Below are positions 14,601-26,159 of a DNA stretch of 64,000 nt, one piece after another (the first letter of the stretch is position 1; the number at the start of each line of letters is the position of its first letter). Where the stretch lies: NCBI GenBank assembly GCA_030704615.1, contig CM060731.1:84072001-84136000 (forward strand), read 5' to 3'. Under the pieces are notes generated by a model. It did no database searches. It had not been told where the DNA came from and worked only from the letters and a program-made list of their open reading frames with translations. Position numbers and translations under genes: made by a program. Source of the stretch: Takakia lepidozioides (lineage: Eukaryota > Plantae > Bryophyta).

Positions 14601-14617
14601 TGCGCAGATTGCGCCAT
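5633..14617 (-). CDS. PIAL: PIAL1/PIAL2-like E4 SUMO ligase (MIZ/SP-RING zinc finger) with long low-complexity C-terminus; multi-exon
   Basis: Phase-consistent GT-AG exons: 14617-14472, [exon 2 unresolved, between 14471 and 13437], 13436-13371, 13036-12971, 12426-12329, 11858-11807, 11304-11242, 11008-10941, 10710-10659, 10446-10362, 9899-9725, 9215-9164, 8177-8061, 7896-6933, 6396-5633. Motifs: LLSVK|SACQSGWF; DSGPQMPTDVTNMVKVGANVLQ; SP-RING EGPSRVSLRCPVSHQRMVTPVKATTCRHLQCFD...WRCPCC; SIM-like VINLSD. Confidence 0.9.
9429..9660. repeat. Intronic direct duplication (~95-bp unit, two copies)
   Basis: GGACATTTGAGAGGAC...TATGCAATGTG...CATCCCACTCAAATG...AAATGACACCATTGCTA occurs at about 9429-9525 and about 9567-9660. 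Confidence 0.8.
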
Positions 14618-15346
14618 CTACACACAATTTGTCTTCATGACTCAGATCAAGACTTCAGTATCCCAGAAAGACCAATTTCTGCGGGACCTCAACAGAAATA
14701 GGCGCCGCAGTAGTAAACAGAGACCCAAACCAAATAAAAAAGCTGTTCAAGTTACTAGAGTTCTTGAAACGAGTAGGTAGCTGCAAGTGTGTTACATAAA
14801 CCCGGATCGCTTCATCCTATAGGTAGTGAATATTATTTGTTGGGGCAATATGATTGAGGGCCATTGCTGCACATTGTCGACCACGGAGAGCAAAAGCACA
14901 ACAGAGAAAACTTCTCATTGCAACTCCAGTGACAAACCGGAGTCAATCTAGATCTTGAAGTTTTAAGCTCGGTAAGTGAGTTGCATGGGAAGACGACGAG
15001 CTGGAAACCCTAGTGAGCATCTTATAAGGTTTTGGCGCTAAACCTTAGGCGTCCCGTCCGAGTACTTGATATTTACAAGATCTACTCACATCTTCAAACC
15101 AAACTACCAACATATGTATTGGCCTCTCGTTTTATAGTAATAGCATTTCACGTGTGAGGCTTCTGGCGGGCCCCACGCACAGACGGGTAGGCCCCGCATG
15201 GGCTACCGCCCTGGGGCTTCAAGCCCTCAAAGCCAGGAATGCCGTCCATGGGGCATTCCCCTATACGTAAAAAACGCTTCAAATTTTGTTAGTGTATTTT
15301 GCGTGGCCTTATAGGGCGTAATCTAATGAGTAAGCAGGCCGGGTGC

Positions 15347-15460
15347 GTTACACAGCAGAACGCCCGCGCCAGCCTGGAGAATTAGGGTTACACAGCGGAA
15401 CGCCCGCACCAGCCTGGAGAGTTGGGGTTACACAACGGAACGCCCGCGCCAGCCTGGAGA
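15347..15460. repeat. 40-bp tandem repeat, about 3 copies, upstream of PIAL
   Basis: GTTACACA..GAACGCCCGCGCCAGCCTGGAGA starts at 15347, 15387 and 15427. Confidence 0.9.
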
Positions 15461-15929
15461 GTTGCTTACGGGCACCACTAGTCCAGTGAGCAAATTCTAC
15501 TACAATTTTTCTACTACAATTTTTACTGCATAATTTACCACAAAGCATGGACATCTTTCTGATTTCTTTCTAGTTTCTTTCTGAATTCTTTTGAGCGCAC
15601 ATGTCGAACAAACAGATTTCCGAGTGCACACATGAACACAGACACAATTCAATGGACACAGTTCAATGCAAACTTGCTCGGAGTTTGTATTGATGGAATT
15701 GCGTGAGAACACACAATGAATGCTGAATTGTTCAATCGTGAAAGAATTATCTACAAGTAAAATGTAAACTACGATCTACACAACTTCGATGAAGGACCAT
15801 CACTTCGATGGACTGTTCTCGTCCTGAGCAGGAATTTTTCCCGGACGGAAGATGGGGCAAGTAGGAGAAATCGATTAGCATGTTGGGTTGCATTTGATAA
15901 GTTGCGGCCCTATCTTTCTGGCCTTACAC

Positions 15930-16430
15930 TCACCGGTGGACAAAAAGCTGAATATAAGAAATGCGTGGAGAAATTCGGACGCGCTTTCATCAAGGTTGGG
16001 GGGAGGGTCCAGTTACACACTATATTGTGAGTATCTACAACATCCCTTGATATTGATTGGAATGCTTATAGTAAAATTTTGCATTTCAATTATAGTACTT
16101 ATAGATGACAATGCTAATTGTTCAAGTTAATTGGAATGCTAATTGTTTAAGTTGATAATTTGCAGCATGTATTGGTCAAGCACCCCCCGTGGTTTGTTGA
16201 AAAGTATGGAAGCCTATCTGTCTGGCCATGTCAAGGAATGGAGAACTCGCATCACGCGGCAAAAGCGGCATATCAGCGTCATATTCAACATGCTGGAACA
16301 AAATGCAAGAAAAGTCCTGTGGTACAGACCTATCAACACTGGTTTAGGATCATTCAACATAGGTTCAGAAACAACAGCCTTGAATTGAATGTTGCCATTG
16401 ATAGCCTTAGAGGTGAGGAGGCAATTTAGG
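15930..16430 (+). mobile_element. RAG1/Transib-like DDE transposase C-terminal remnant with an intron
   Basis: EYKKCVEKFGRAFIK(frameshift)GEGPVTHYI | GT-AG intron 16027-16165 | HVLVKHPPWFVEKYGSLSVWPCQGMENSHH. This aligns by eye with RAG1 [34 protein letters not shown]. Confidence 0.6.
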
Positions 16431-17009
16431 CCCGACGTGCAGCATCCTTAAACTCAAAGCGCAGCAGCACACAGCGCTTTGTGGCGATCAAGATGCACTC
16501 GGGTTGGCAGTAGGTGGGTACCAAACTCTGAAGAGCCGATTGAGGAATCACCGGAGGAGCCAATTCCGGATTCCCAGGTATGAGGTTCAAAGTTTGAACG
16601 TAGTCACCACTTCATGCATTGTAAACAACACTCGCTACTTTCCTATGGTTGTTTTGCTTGTGTTGTTTTGCTTGTTTTGTTTTGTTTTGTTTTTCTTTTT
16701 TTCTTTTTTTGAGTGGTTCCACGAGGGTTGATAACTCTGCCCTTGCTGTGGCTGTAGGTGCCAGCATCATACGTTGCGAGCTGACAAAACTGCGATGGAA
16801 CCAAGCCCAGGTCCTGCAGGTGAGGGATGCACATCTTCAGCATCTGCCTTACTCCTCGGCATCTTACATGTAAACCCAAGCTACCTACAGACCTAAGACC
16901 TGCAACATTAGTACCTCATCAACAACTGAACATCATAGCCTACAAGCAGCTCCCTCATGTTGTCATGTTGCCAGAAGACCTAGTGCAACTTGCGTCCCTA
17001 TCTTATCTC

Positions 17010-17480
17010 TAAACTGCGATGGAACCCTTTGGTGTGGAGGCAAGCCACAGCCACAGAATTAATTCCTTTCTGATGAGTAAGGCCTGCAGGAATTGGGCGT
17101 TAGCAAATGAGCAGGGTAGACAGGGCAGACTCAGACTGAGTCTGCCCTAGCAGACTGACAAAAGATAGGGCAGACTCAGACTGAAAGCAAAGAAACATGA
17201 TAATACTCTTGCTGTAGATGTTTCAGTACAAAATGGCTGAAGGATACAAAGTAAACTAGAAAAAAGAATTAATTCTGTGGCTGTGGCTTGCCTCCACACC
17301 AAAGGAGTTAGCAAATGAGCAGGGTAGACAGGGCAGACTCAGACTGAAAGCAAAGAAATTGCTCAACTAGTTGTCTATCACCATCTCCATCAGACCATAG
17401 TCTGAGATCTGCCCTGTCTACAAAAGGTCAAGAATGGTGAAAAGAAGGAGGTTACTCGCTAGGGCAGACTCAGACTCGCT
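17010..17480. repeat. Patchwork of short direct and inverted repeats
   Basis: Inverted repeat of ~40 bp (about 17026-17068 vs 17264-17305); perfect 13-bp hairpin at 17122-17148; AGGGCAGACTCAGACT recurs four or more times. Confidence 0.85.
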
Positions 17481-17669
17481 TTGACTTCTCAGCAGATTGA
17501 TTATTGAGGGCGGGCGGAGGCGAACGCGGGGAGATCTCAGTAGATTGGTTTCAGGTCATACTACTGGCGGGATTTCTTTGATCGATACAGTCAGGGCGCC
17601 TTGAAGAGTGCAGTCTGTTGACACCAGTCTGTTGATGGAGGTGAAGAGTGCAGCTTGTTGACAATGGAT

Positions 17670-19838
17670 ATAGTTGTTCAATGGGCGGTAATCCCCACAA
17701 AACCTCTTGGATCCATCCATTTTGGGAGGCAAAGTGACAGGGCAAGAGTACTCAGATTTACTCTCTCTCATCTTACCTTGCAAGACAAGAGCCTTGATCT
17801 GCGTCTGCACCTCCCCTTCTTCCCATTCCGACAGTCTGTTGGGCTGGCTCCTGCATGGAGGAAATCCCTGGGTATCTATGATATGCTCCACCATTGAGCA
17901 AAATCCCAAGTCTGCCTTGTTGAGAGCAAAGCAATCTTGGTACTTCCTCAACACTTGTTCCAGCTCAAGTAGCTGATCCTTTGGCAGCTTAGGGTTGATA
18001 TTTATCCGAGCACGAAGGCTGGCCAAGCGCACCTCTTCAGCGTGTCTGGCCTCATCATCAGGTGGTTCTTGTTTCAGACTGAAGACATGAGCAGCCACTT
18101 TCACCCTCTCTTCAGCAGCTGTAATCATATTCCAGTCATGAAAATCAGATCCTCAATCTTAGCATTATTGTTCCCCAATTCTTTGGAGTAGGCCTCATGG
18201 AGGATAGAAGAGGTCATGCTCTTGTTGGTCTCTTGTTGAATCAACTCTGACAGTCCCTGGTCATGTAGCAACTCTTCTCCCTCCTTAATTTCCTCAATGC
18301 TTCTCTCCACAGCTTCCATGCAGACTTTCAAACCCTCATCTACTTCATCTGCAGACTCCTCACCACTAGCTGAAGAGCTGTTGGGAGAACTGGGCATTTG
18401 CTGCTCCTCCATCATTTCACAATCAATGTTCTCCTCGAGAAGGTTAGTGGCAGGTTTCATAGTCATATGTGCTCAGGCACAGCTTCCTCAATGGTAACAT
18501 TGCTGCCCCGTTTCTCATCAACATGATCCACTTGGTTGATGGTATGCAAAGGGAAATGAGCCACTATTTTTCCTGGCCCATACCTCACACCCAAGGTCTC
18601 ATTTTCAGTATCAACAACAGCCCCAAATTTCTTCAAAAAGTCCAATCCCAAGAGCATGTTGTAAGTGTCAGTATCCACCACCATGAAGGACAAACGGTTG
18701 GTAAGCTCCCCCACCGTCACTTTTAAATCTTCCAAACGCCCCGTGGCCGTTTCTACAGATCCAGAAGCCACTCTGTAAGTGACATCTTTATCACTAACCA
18801 TGGAACCCATCAAACCCAGGTCCCTGACTGTACTGGCAGACATCACTGACAACATTGCACCAGTATCAACCTGCCCAAGAACTTGATATTCCCCAATTGT
18901 AATCATGGCATGAAGAGCCCTGACTCTGCCAGTGTATGATTAAGAAATGTTGCATGAGGATAAAGTGGCTTGCTCTGCACTTGGCTGCCAATTTGACAGC
19001 ATGAATTTGATTTTTGGCCAGGGAAGCTACTAATTAATCCCTCTGCTGTCCCATGGCCCGCTCAACAACTTTGACTAAATCCTTCAATTTTCCCAATTCC
19101 CCTGGTACAGACATGATCAAATCCATCGGAGAGAGAGAGAAATTCTTCCTTTGTAGAAATGGTTCAAAATCTTTGACTTGGGACTGCTATCTGAAGCCCT
19201 AGGGATCCTTGGTGTTTGCACTGCGGCCCCTGATCTCCCTGACTCAGTACTGGTTTGTTCACCTGGAACGCCCGAAACTGATAGCAGAAGGTAATGGTAA
19301 TGGGGTTCAATTTCTTGGAAGTCTAACCTCATTGATGTCTTGCTCCCTCATCAACTTGGAGCAGTGCAAGAGGTTTGTCGGGGGCTTGTGACCAGAGATA
19401 ATGAGGGCCATGCTTGGAAGGGGGTTTGCTGATGTTGACGAGGCCCTGGAAACAGCAATTGAAATTGAAAGAGGACTGGGAAAATTGGGTGAAACCCCTT
19501 TGGAACCACTGGAAGGAGAAGAGATTGATGATATAGTGTACTTGAGCCATTTGGACAAGAGTCTGGATAGTCTTACAAACACCTTGCAGAAATATTTTGA
19601 CAAGGGTCCAGCATATGGGGAGTCGTCAGGCAGCAGGACACCACCGAGAGGGGTACGCACCTACAACACTTGCAATCAGGAGGGACACATTGCAGCCAAC
19701 TGTCTTGCGGGGAGAGCACCACCGACTTGTGGAAAATGCCACCGAGTGAGCCACCGAACAGAGATGTGTGGGGTAAGATGTTCATTTTGCAAGATGTTGG
19801 GGACTGGAATCCTGGACCGGCAAGCTAGATTATTCATT

Positions 19839-19921
<83 letters not shown>

Positions 19922-20440
19922 CCCGAATTCACATTGAGATTGTGTGTAGCCGCAAGTTTGAGACAACCAGTGCTGGGACTCCTGCAACCCATTTCGTAGA
20001 AGTGTTTTGTGATGATGAAGAGACAATGCCTCCCTTGAGAAACAGTCAGCTCAGCTTGTCAAAATAAGCCTGCACCCTCTGCTTGTGCTCTTGCTTGATT
20101 GCATCAAGCCTCATTTTTATCTCTGCCATGTCTACTACACCGAACTTGGCAGTAATCGCGGCCTGAAAATCTGGCCAGTTATCAGATCGAGGATTTTGTT
20201 TGCAGAACCACTCATCCGCCTTCGAACGCAGATTCAACCGCGCGACCTTAAACATCTTGTCCTCACTTAGGTCTTGCACATCTCCCGACATTTGGATTCG
20301 ATCAATCCAGTCATTGACGCCCTCATTCTCTCTACCAAAGAATGGAGCGTCAATGCCTGCTGGACTCGTCATTCTATCCAAAAACAAAATAAAGAGAGAG
20401 AGAAGACTCGAGCCAAAGCCGGCGTAACTAAGAGCCACTT
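17670..20440 (-). mobile_element. Ty3/gypsy retrotransposon remnant (gag, zinc knuckles, aspartic protease, start of RT) with an inverted internal segment
   Basis: gag FFGRENEGVNDWIDR...LNLRSKADEWF (20046-20438, minus). CCHC knuckles TCNQEGHIAANC and CGKCHRVSHRTEMC lie on the plus strand (about 19330-19810). Protease QVDTGAMLSVMS (18463-18906) and RT start VEHIIDT...PPKMDGSKRFCGDYRPLN are truncated near 17670. Confidence 0.9.
19839..19918. repeat. (CT)n microsatellite
   Basis: About 40 CT units close to the inversion breakpoint of the gypsy remnant. Confidence 0.95.
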
Positions 20441-21319
20441 CGCCTCACGGCTACTGCCTCCTCTCGGGGGTGGGCCCTCTAAGAAACAGGTGTCCATACC
20501 AGAGGTCTAAGGGAGCACGGTACCGCAACGTACCTAGGATACCCTAGGTACCCAGGAGGTCAGATGAAAGTTAGATTCGAGTTTTCGTTTGTTGGTAACA
20601 ATGGCTGTGAGGGAGGGGAGGGCTGTGAGGTGTATTGCTTTGAAGCATTTATGAATGGAGGGAATAGGGAGTTTAAAGTTCATGTGTAGTGCATCGATAC
20701 TGGTGTTATGAATGCCTAGGGGTGCACTCTTCATAAAAAGACCATATCATGCGCGAGCATCAGCCAATAAACAATACCCCTGTATATAGCTTAATTCATG
20801 AATTTATCATATGTATACATATTTTTAAAAATTTGTTAAAACCCCTACAGTATTTATATATAAAAAATACAATTAATGAATAACTACACCCTGCTGTATG
20901 TATTCATGTGTTCATTCAGTGAATATAATAAACCCTTTATTTATGTATAATTTTTAATACAAAATTATGAACAATTTATAGATCAGATTTCAAAAAAATT
21001 CAAAATAACTGGTGTGACAATTAAAAATTAATATAAAATTTATTTTCCATTGATAGAATTGTTAAAAACAGGCTGAAATGTGTTGAGGAAGGTGCCTTCA
21101 TTAGCAGTGCCTTGTTCTATCAATTGTGCTGTTGCCGTTGCTGTTGCCACTTAAACCAAAACAAGAAGAAATTAAAACAAAAAAAACGGGGCTGATTTGT
21201 GTGCAGCAACTGCTGCTGCTCCTCCTCTCTCCCTCCCCCGTCTTCCTTGGCCTAAGTAGGGGGAGAGAGAGGCAAACAAAAGGAAAAAAAAACAATAATA
21301 ATAATATTAGATCTCGTTG

Positions 21320-21720
21320 CTCCCACATTTGACATACATGCTTACGTGGGTACTGTTCAGAATGACACCTGATATGACCCTTGACAACATCGAACTCTTT
21401 GCTTTTTTTTAGGGCTGCTTGCATGGTTGTTCATGCATTATAAACACAAACGAACATAATCTGGTCCAACTTCAACCCTTCCCGCATCATTTGCTCATAG
21501 GTCTCTATGCCAAACCCTTCATCCCGCACCCCTCCTGTGCATATCTTGCATTCATCACGTTCCACAATACCACATCTCGTTCAGCCACTACATCTAGTTA
21601 AACCACCTTACTGCACATGCTTTTAAATTACATGTCCACCAAGGTAGGGTTCAGAATGACATCTGATACAATTCCAGCTCTTAGGACGTCACCATGGACT
21701 TCTTTGCCCTTTTCGAAAAT
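21320..21720 (-). pseudogene. PLS-class PPR gene fragment
   Basis: EKGKEVHGDVLRAGIVSDVILNPTLVDM and ERDVVLWNVM, with stops and frameshifts. Confidence 0.65.
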
Positions 21721-21765
21721 GTATCAGGAGAGAAAGAACTCTCTCTTTCTCTCTCTCTCTCTCCC

Positions 21766-21956
21766 CCTTAAGCTCCCGACGCGATGAAGTCGAGGTCAGA
21801 TCGTGGGGTCAGCTGCAACGTATGACTAATACCAGATATCCTAAGTTAATCGACTTTATATCTTGGAAGCAGGACTGCCATGTCAAACATGCTAAGTCAT
21901 GGAGGAAGAGGGTAGAAGAGATTTTCAAGGATCTGAATCTAAGTCCACAAGTCTGT
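21766..21956 (+). mobile_element. Short fragment of the same LINE family as 57580-59097
   Basis: CCAGATATCCTAAGTTAATCGACT...GCTAAGTC..GG matches about 58275-58460; preceded by a (CT)n tract. Confidence 0.85.
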
Positions 21957-22760
21957 AAGGCCTAATATCCACCCGACGAGCTAACTTACAGAATTCAATA
22001 TTCAGTGGCTGCCTTCATACAACATAATCCAAACTTCTTCCCTTGTAATTACTATGACCTCCCAATAAGGACTTTCTGATGATTTGGACCGTCTTGACTG
22101 TTCATTTGAAAACGTCTGATAGATTTCTCTAAATCCCTGCACAATGTTTAGAACATATGGCGCATTGATCAATCGCAGGAAAAATCCCATGGTTTGAAGT
22201 TGGTGAACAGAGGTGTTGGGCCCCCTCCACAACAGCCCAAAAACAACCCTTAGCAGCCCAAAAATTGTAATGATGGAGCTTATGGGATGACAAGGGACTG
22301 CGGAAAAGTGAAAGGAAATAAACCAGACAGCCCCCTCCACAACCATGTGACAGAACCATAGAAAGACAACCCCCTCCACAAGCAACCCACAAAACCATTA
22401 TGCCAATGGAAACAAGGAAACAAACCAATGGCGGAAGACCCTACACTTAGGCCCTTCTCCTATACTTTCATGTTCGGAAGACCTCCTAATGGACACCGAA
22501 GCAAGCCGGGTAGCATAAGTAGGAAGGATGTAGTCCCTTTCTGGACTAGGCATGAAATCCCCCCTGGCAAAAAAAAGCACGTTCCTCCTGCCTATGAACT
22601 CCGGTGTAGACGTCCCTCCTGCAGTACTTGGCATCCTATAGTAAGAACAAATCCACTTCAAGAATGTCAATACCAGCAGAAGCAGAAAGGGTTTTCAATG
22701 AAATAAGAGAGCGAAGGGAGGTGCCTCACGAAATCTGGAGGCAACTTACAATGCGACCAC

Positions 22761-23810
22761 TCACTCGTAAACCGGGGGCTCCTCGGCCTCGATCCCAACT
22801 TGTTCCTCCCCCTGCTCCTTCTCGGATTTTTCCTCATCCTCCGAGGGTGCCTCTTCCTCTTTGGGCAGACGTTCAGCCGCTGCAAGTTCCGAGTTGTGGA
22901 GGGCAGTATCTGGTTCGAAGGCGAACACATGCCTGTCGGACAACGTCCGTGCCCACATTGAAGCACATGAGGAACAAAATGGGCGGTTAATAGCTTGCGG
23001 CATGCAATTGCAATCGGGCCAGGGGACAAACTGAGCACGTGAAGGCTTACCCGTGCCACATGTGAGGTCAAGAATCCGCCCTTGGACATCCGAGCACGTC
23101 TCCATGAGGGTTTGGATGAAAGTAGGGCTCCGGGTCCGGCTGTACCGCCACGGTTTGCCTGTCTTTGTGTCCTTCGGCATACTGGAGTGGGGCACATAGT
23201 TGTAGAGGACATCGTAGGTAACAGGGTCCACAGCGGCATCAACAAGACGACCGTCGTTGCGGAATTTGAACGTAGACCCTCTCTTCACAAAGCAATATGC
23301 CTCAAACACCAATGTCTGCACATCCAACAAAAGAAGGATCAACTCCGGGATCTAGTTTAGATACACCACAATATGAGGTGAATGCAATAGATTGATAACT
23401 TACACTTTGGCCCTCTGTTCGCAACCCCTGTGTATTGATGCAGAACCATTTTCTGAGGAGGACCGGGGTGACACTTTTCGGTGTCCATCTTGCCACCGCA
23501 TTCTCTGTGGTCTTCCTCTTGTGGCAAGGACAACCACACATCCACCGTCATCCAGGAGCATCCCCGCCAGCCCAAACCCGGCTTTCCAGTAGTCCTCAGT
23601 AAACCTGTTCCAGTTGGGCCACACCATCCAGGCCCTCCAGCAGCTCCCCATCTGGAATGTCGAGAAGAATCATATCGCAAGCTCTCTCTACCAATCCAAT
23701 CCCGCCCCCCCCCCCCCACCCGCCCCCCCCCCCCCGAGTGCTCTGCAATCCGTGCTCACAGCGGTGGAAGAATTCCATCATGGCTTCAAAACCAGGGATG
23801 TCTTTAGGCT
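22761..23810 (-). pseudogene. Beta-class amino (N6-adenine/N4-cytosine) DNA methyltransferase-like region, intron-containing and disrupted
   Basis: Motif order is IV...X-I-II. ACDMILLDIPDG (DPPY-equivalent, 23650-23661); YWKAGFGLAGMLLDDGGCVVV (RVLKPGG-equivalent); KPWRYSRTRSPTFIQTLMETCSDVQGRILDLTCGTG (23051-23075, followed by a GTAAG donor); ASMWARTLSDRHVFAFEPD; acidic tail. Introns at about 23402-23318 and starting at 23050. Frameshifts, and an apparently mutated acceptor (CAT in place of CAG). Confidence 0.7.
23700..23736 (-). repeat. Poly-G tract (G-quadruplex-competent) within the methyltransferase-like frame
   Basis: The plus strand reads CCCGCCCCCCCCCCCCCCACCCGCCCCCCCCCCCCCG. Confidence 0.8.
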
Positions 23811-23817
23811 CTGTACC

Positions 23818-25180
23818 GGCTTGGATGACCTCCCCCATGTCACAGACTGGAAACAAGTTCAGGAAGTTTTAGCCTAACTTCATTTTTCATCAGACAATCT
23901 CATGGCAACAGACATGGCTGAGGACACTACAGCCTCTAAGTCAGATTTATCCAGCAGGGTCAAGACTTGCGGATCCAGGTCCAGGTCCTTGAGGATCTCT
24001 TCTACTCTCTTCTGCCAGGACTTAGCCTGTTTGACAGGGCGGTCCTGTTTCCAATATATAGAGTCGATTAACTTAGGATATCTAGTGTTGGACATATGTT
24101 GCAGCTGACCCCACCATCTGACCTTGAATTCATCTCGTCGGGAGCTTAAGGACGGAATGTCAAACTCACCCCAAACAGCCACATTGGCTGTTTTGGAGCA
24201 TGCTGACATACACTCCTTAAGCACCCCCACTTGAATTCTCCTCCAATTGTAATTGGGATGCACATATCCGGAAAGTTGTTCAAACTGGCAAGGGCAAAGC
24301 TCTAGGGCTCACTAAAGATCACTTCCTCCCTCTCCTCTGTCGTTGAATGCTACCACTGCACATTTGCTGACATTAGCCTCTAGCCCCCAAAGATCAAAGT
24401 ATCTCTTCGCGCAATCAATCAACTCCTGGAGATTGGTTGGAGTCTCCCCTATGCCTGCGAAGTTGACTGATGAAAACATTGAAGAGCAGAGGGGAGAGAG
24501 TACATCCTTGAGCTACACCTTGGTCTATGTCAAAGAAGTTGGACTTCTGTCCGTTAACAGTGACACAGTTTTTGGTGTGAGCATACATCACATCTTTCCC
24601 TTGATCCCACAAGACCAGAGGCGGAACCATAGGCCATCTCTCCACACTGTGTCATAAGCCTTTTTGACATCCAGGAAAAAGACATAAGTGGGTTTCCCTT
24701 CTTTTTTCCTTCCCTGGATAATCTGGCTTAGAGTGAAGATATGATCCACACAGCCCCTGTTTCGCCAAAAACCAGCTTGGCCTTCGTGGAAACAACCTCT
24801 AGACTCCAGATCAACCTCGAGACGAGTACTTATAACTCTGCAGAATGTCTTGCCAACAGCATAGAGGAGAGTGATGCCACGGTAGTTCCCCGGTTCTTCT
24901 CTGTCACCCCTTCTTGTATAGATTGACAATGACCCCTGTCGCCAGCAAAAGGGGATCATTTCAGTCTTCCAGATAAGGTTAAAGAGGAGAACTAGGGCCT
25001 CTATCATGGGATCGCCACCGTGCTTGATAAGCTCGTTGACAATACCATCAGGTCCACCAGCTTTATATCCATTTAAGTGTTCAATTGCTTCCACAATCTC
25101 AGAAGAACTAATGGGAGCATTATAAGCCATTGAAATATACTCCAGTTCATCAGGGCTGTTTTGAATCATAGGAACAATTT
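23818..25180 (-). mobile_element. Non-LTR retrotransposon (RTEX/CR1-like LINE) RT fragment, internally deleted and inverted, lying between the ParB-like and MTase-like regions
   Basis: KAGGPDGIVNELIK, NYRGITLL, FFLDVKKAYDTVWR, GVAQGCTLSPLLFNVFI; near-identical to 57580-58610 where the two overlap. Confidence 0.9.
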
Positions 25181-25410
25181 ACTTCTTATATATATATAGG
25201 TTGTGCACAACTAGGTTGATTTAGTGAGGGATGATTTAGTGAAGACTAGGGTAGCCTATGTCGTGGGCCCAAGTGTCCAGTGTCATCTAAGCCCAAGTGT
25301 AAGATCTTCTAGGGTAGCCTGTGCCATTGGCCCATTTAGCATTAAACGGCGCCGCGCTCCAAAAGGGAGAACTTGCAGTACCTGCATTCATGAAAAACAC
25401 AGAATGAGGT

Positions 25411-26155
25411 CCCTGAACTGGAAATTCGGCACCATTTTCCCAGGTTGGGGCGGAACTGACTGGGCCTAGAACTGGGAAAATGGCACCGAATTTCGGTTTT
25501 CGGTGCCAGCCACCCTAGGGACTTAGCCATTTTGGGAGCCCTGAACTGGAAATTCGGCGCCATTTTCCCAGGTCCGGGCCGAAAATGGCTAAGTCCCTGA
25601 ACTGACTGGCCCTAGAATTGGAAAAATGGCGCCGAATTTTGGTTTTCAGTGACAGCCACCCTAGGGACTTAGCCATTTTGGGAGCCTTGAACTGGAAATT
25701 CGGCGCCATTTTCCCAGGTCCGGGCCGAAAATGGCTAAGTCCCTGAACTGACTGGCCCTGGAATTGGAAAAATGGCGCCGAATTTCGGTTTTCGGTGCCA
25801 GCCACCCTAGGGACTCAGCCATTTTGGGAGCCCTGAACTGGAAATTCGGCGCCATTTTCCCAGGTCCGGCCCGAAAATGGCTAAGTCCCTGAACTGACTG
25901 GCCCTGGAATTGGAAAAATGGCGCCGAATTTCGGTTTTCGGTGCCAGCCACCCTAGGGACTTAGCCATTTTGGAGCCCTGAACTGGAAATTCGGCGCCAT
26001 TTTCCCAGGTCCGGCCCGAAAATGGCTAAGTCCCAGAACTGACTGGGCCTTGAAATGGAAAAATGGCGCCGAATTTCGGTTTTCGGTGCCTGCCACTCTA
26101 GGGACTTAGCCATTTTGGGTGCCCTGGACTGGAAATTCGGCACCATTTTTCCAAG
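25411..26155. repeat. 146-bp tandem array (about 5.2 units), each unit containing inverted sub-repeats
   Basis: CCCTGAACTGGAAATTCGGC (or a near match) starts at 25411, 25539, 25685, 25831, 25976 and 26122. Within a unit, GAAATTCGGCGCCATTTT pairs with AAAATGGCGCCGAATTTC and AAAATGGCTAAGTCCCT pairs with AGGGACTTAGCCATTTT. Confidence 0.95.
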
Positions 26156-26159
26156 GATC

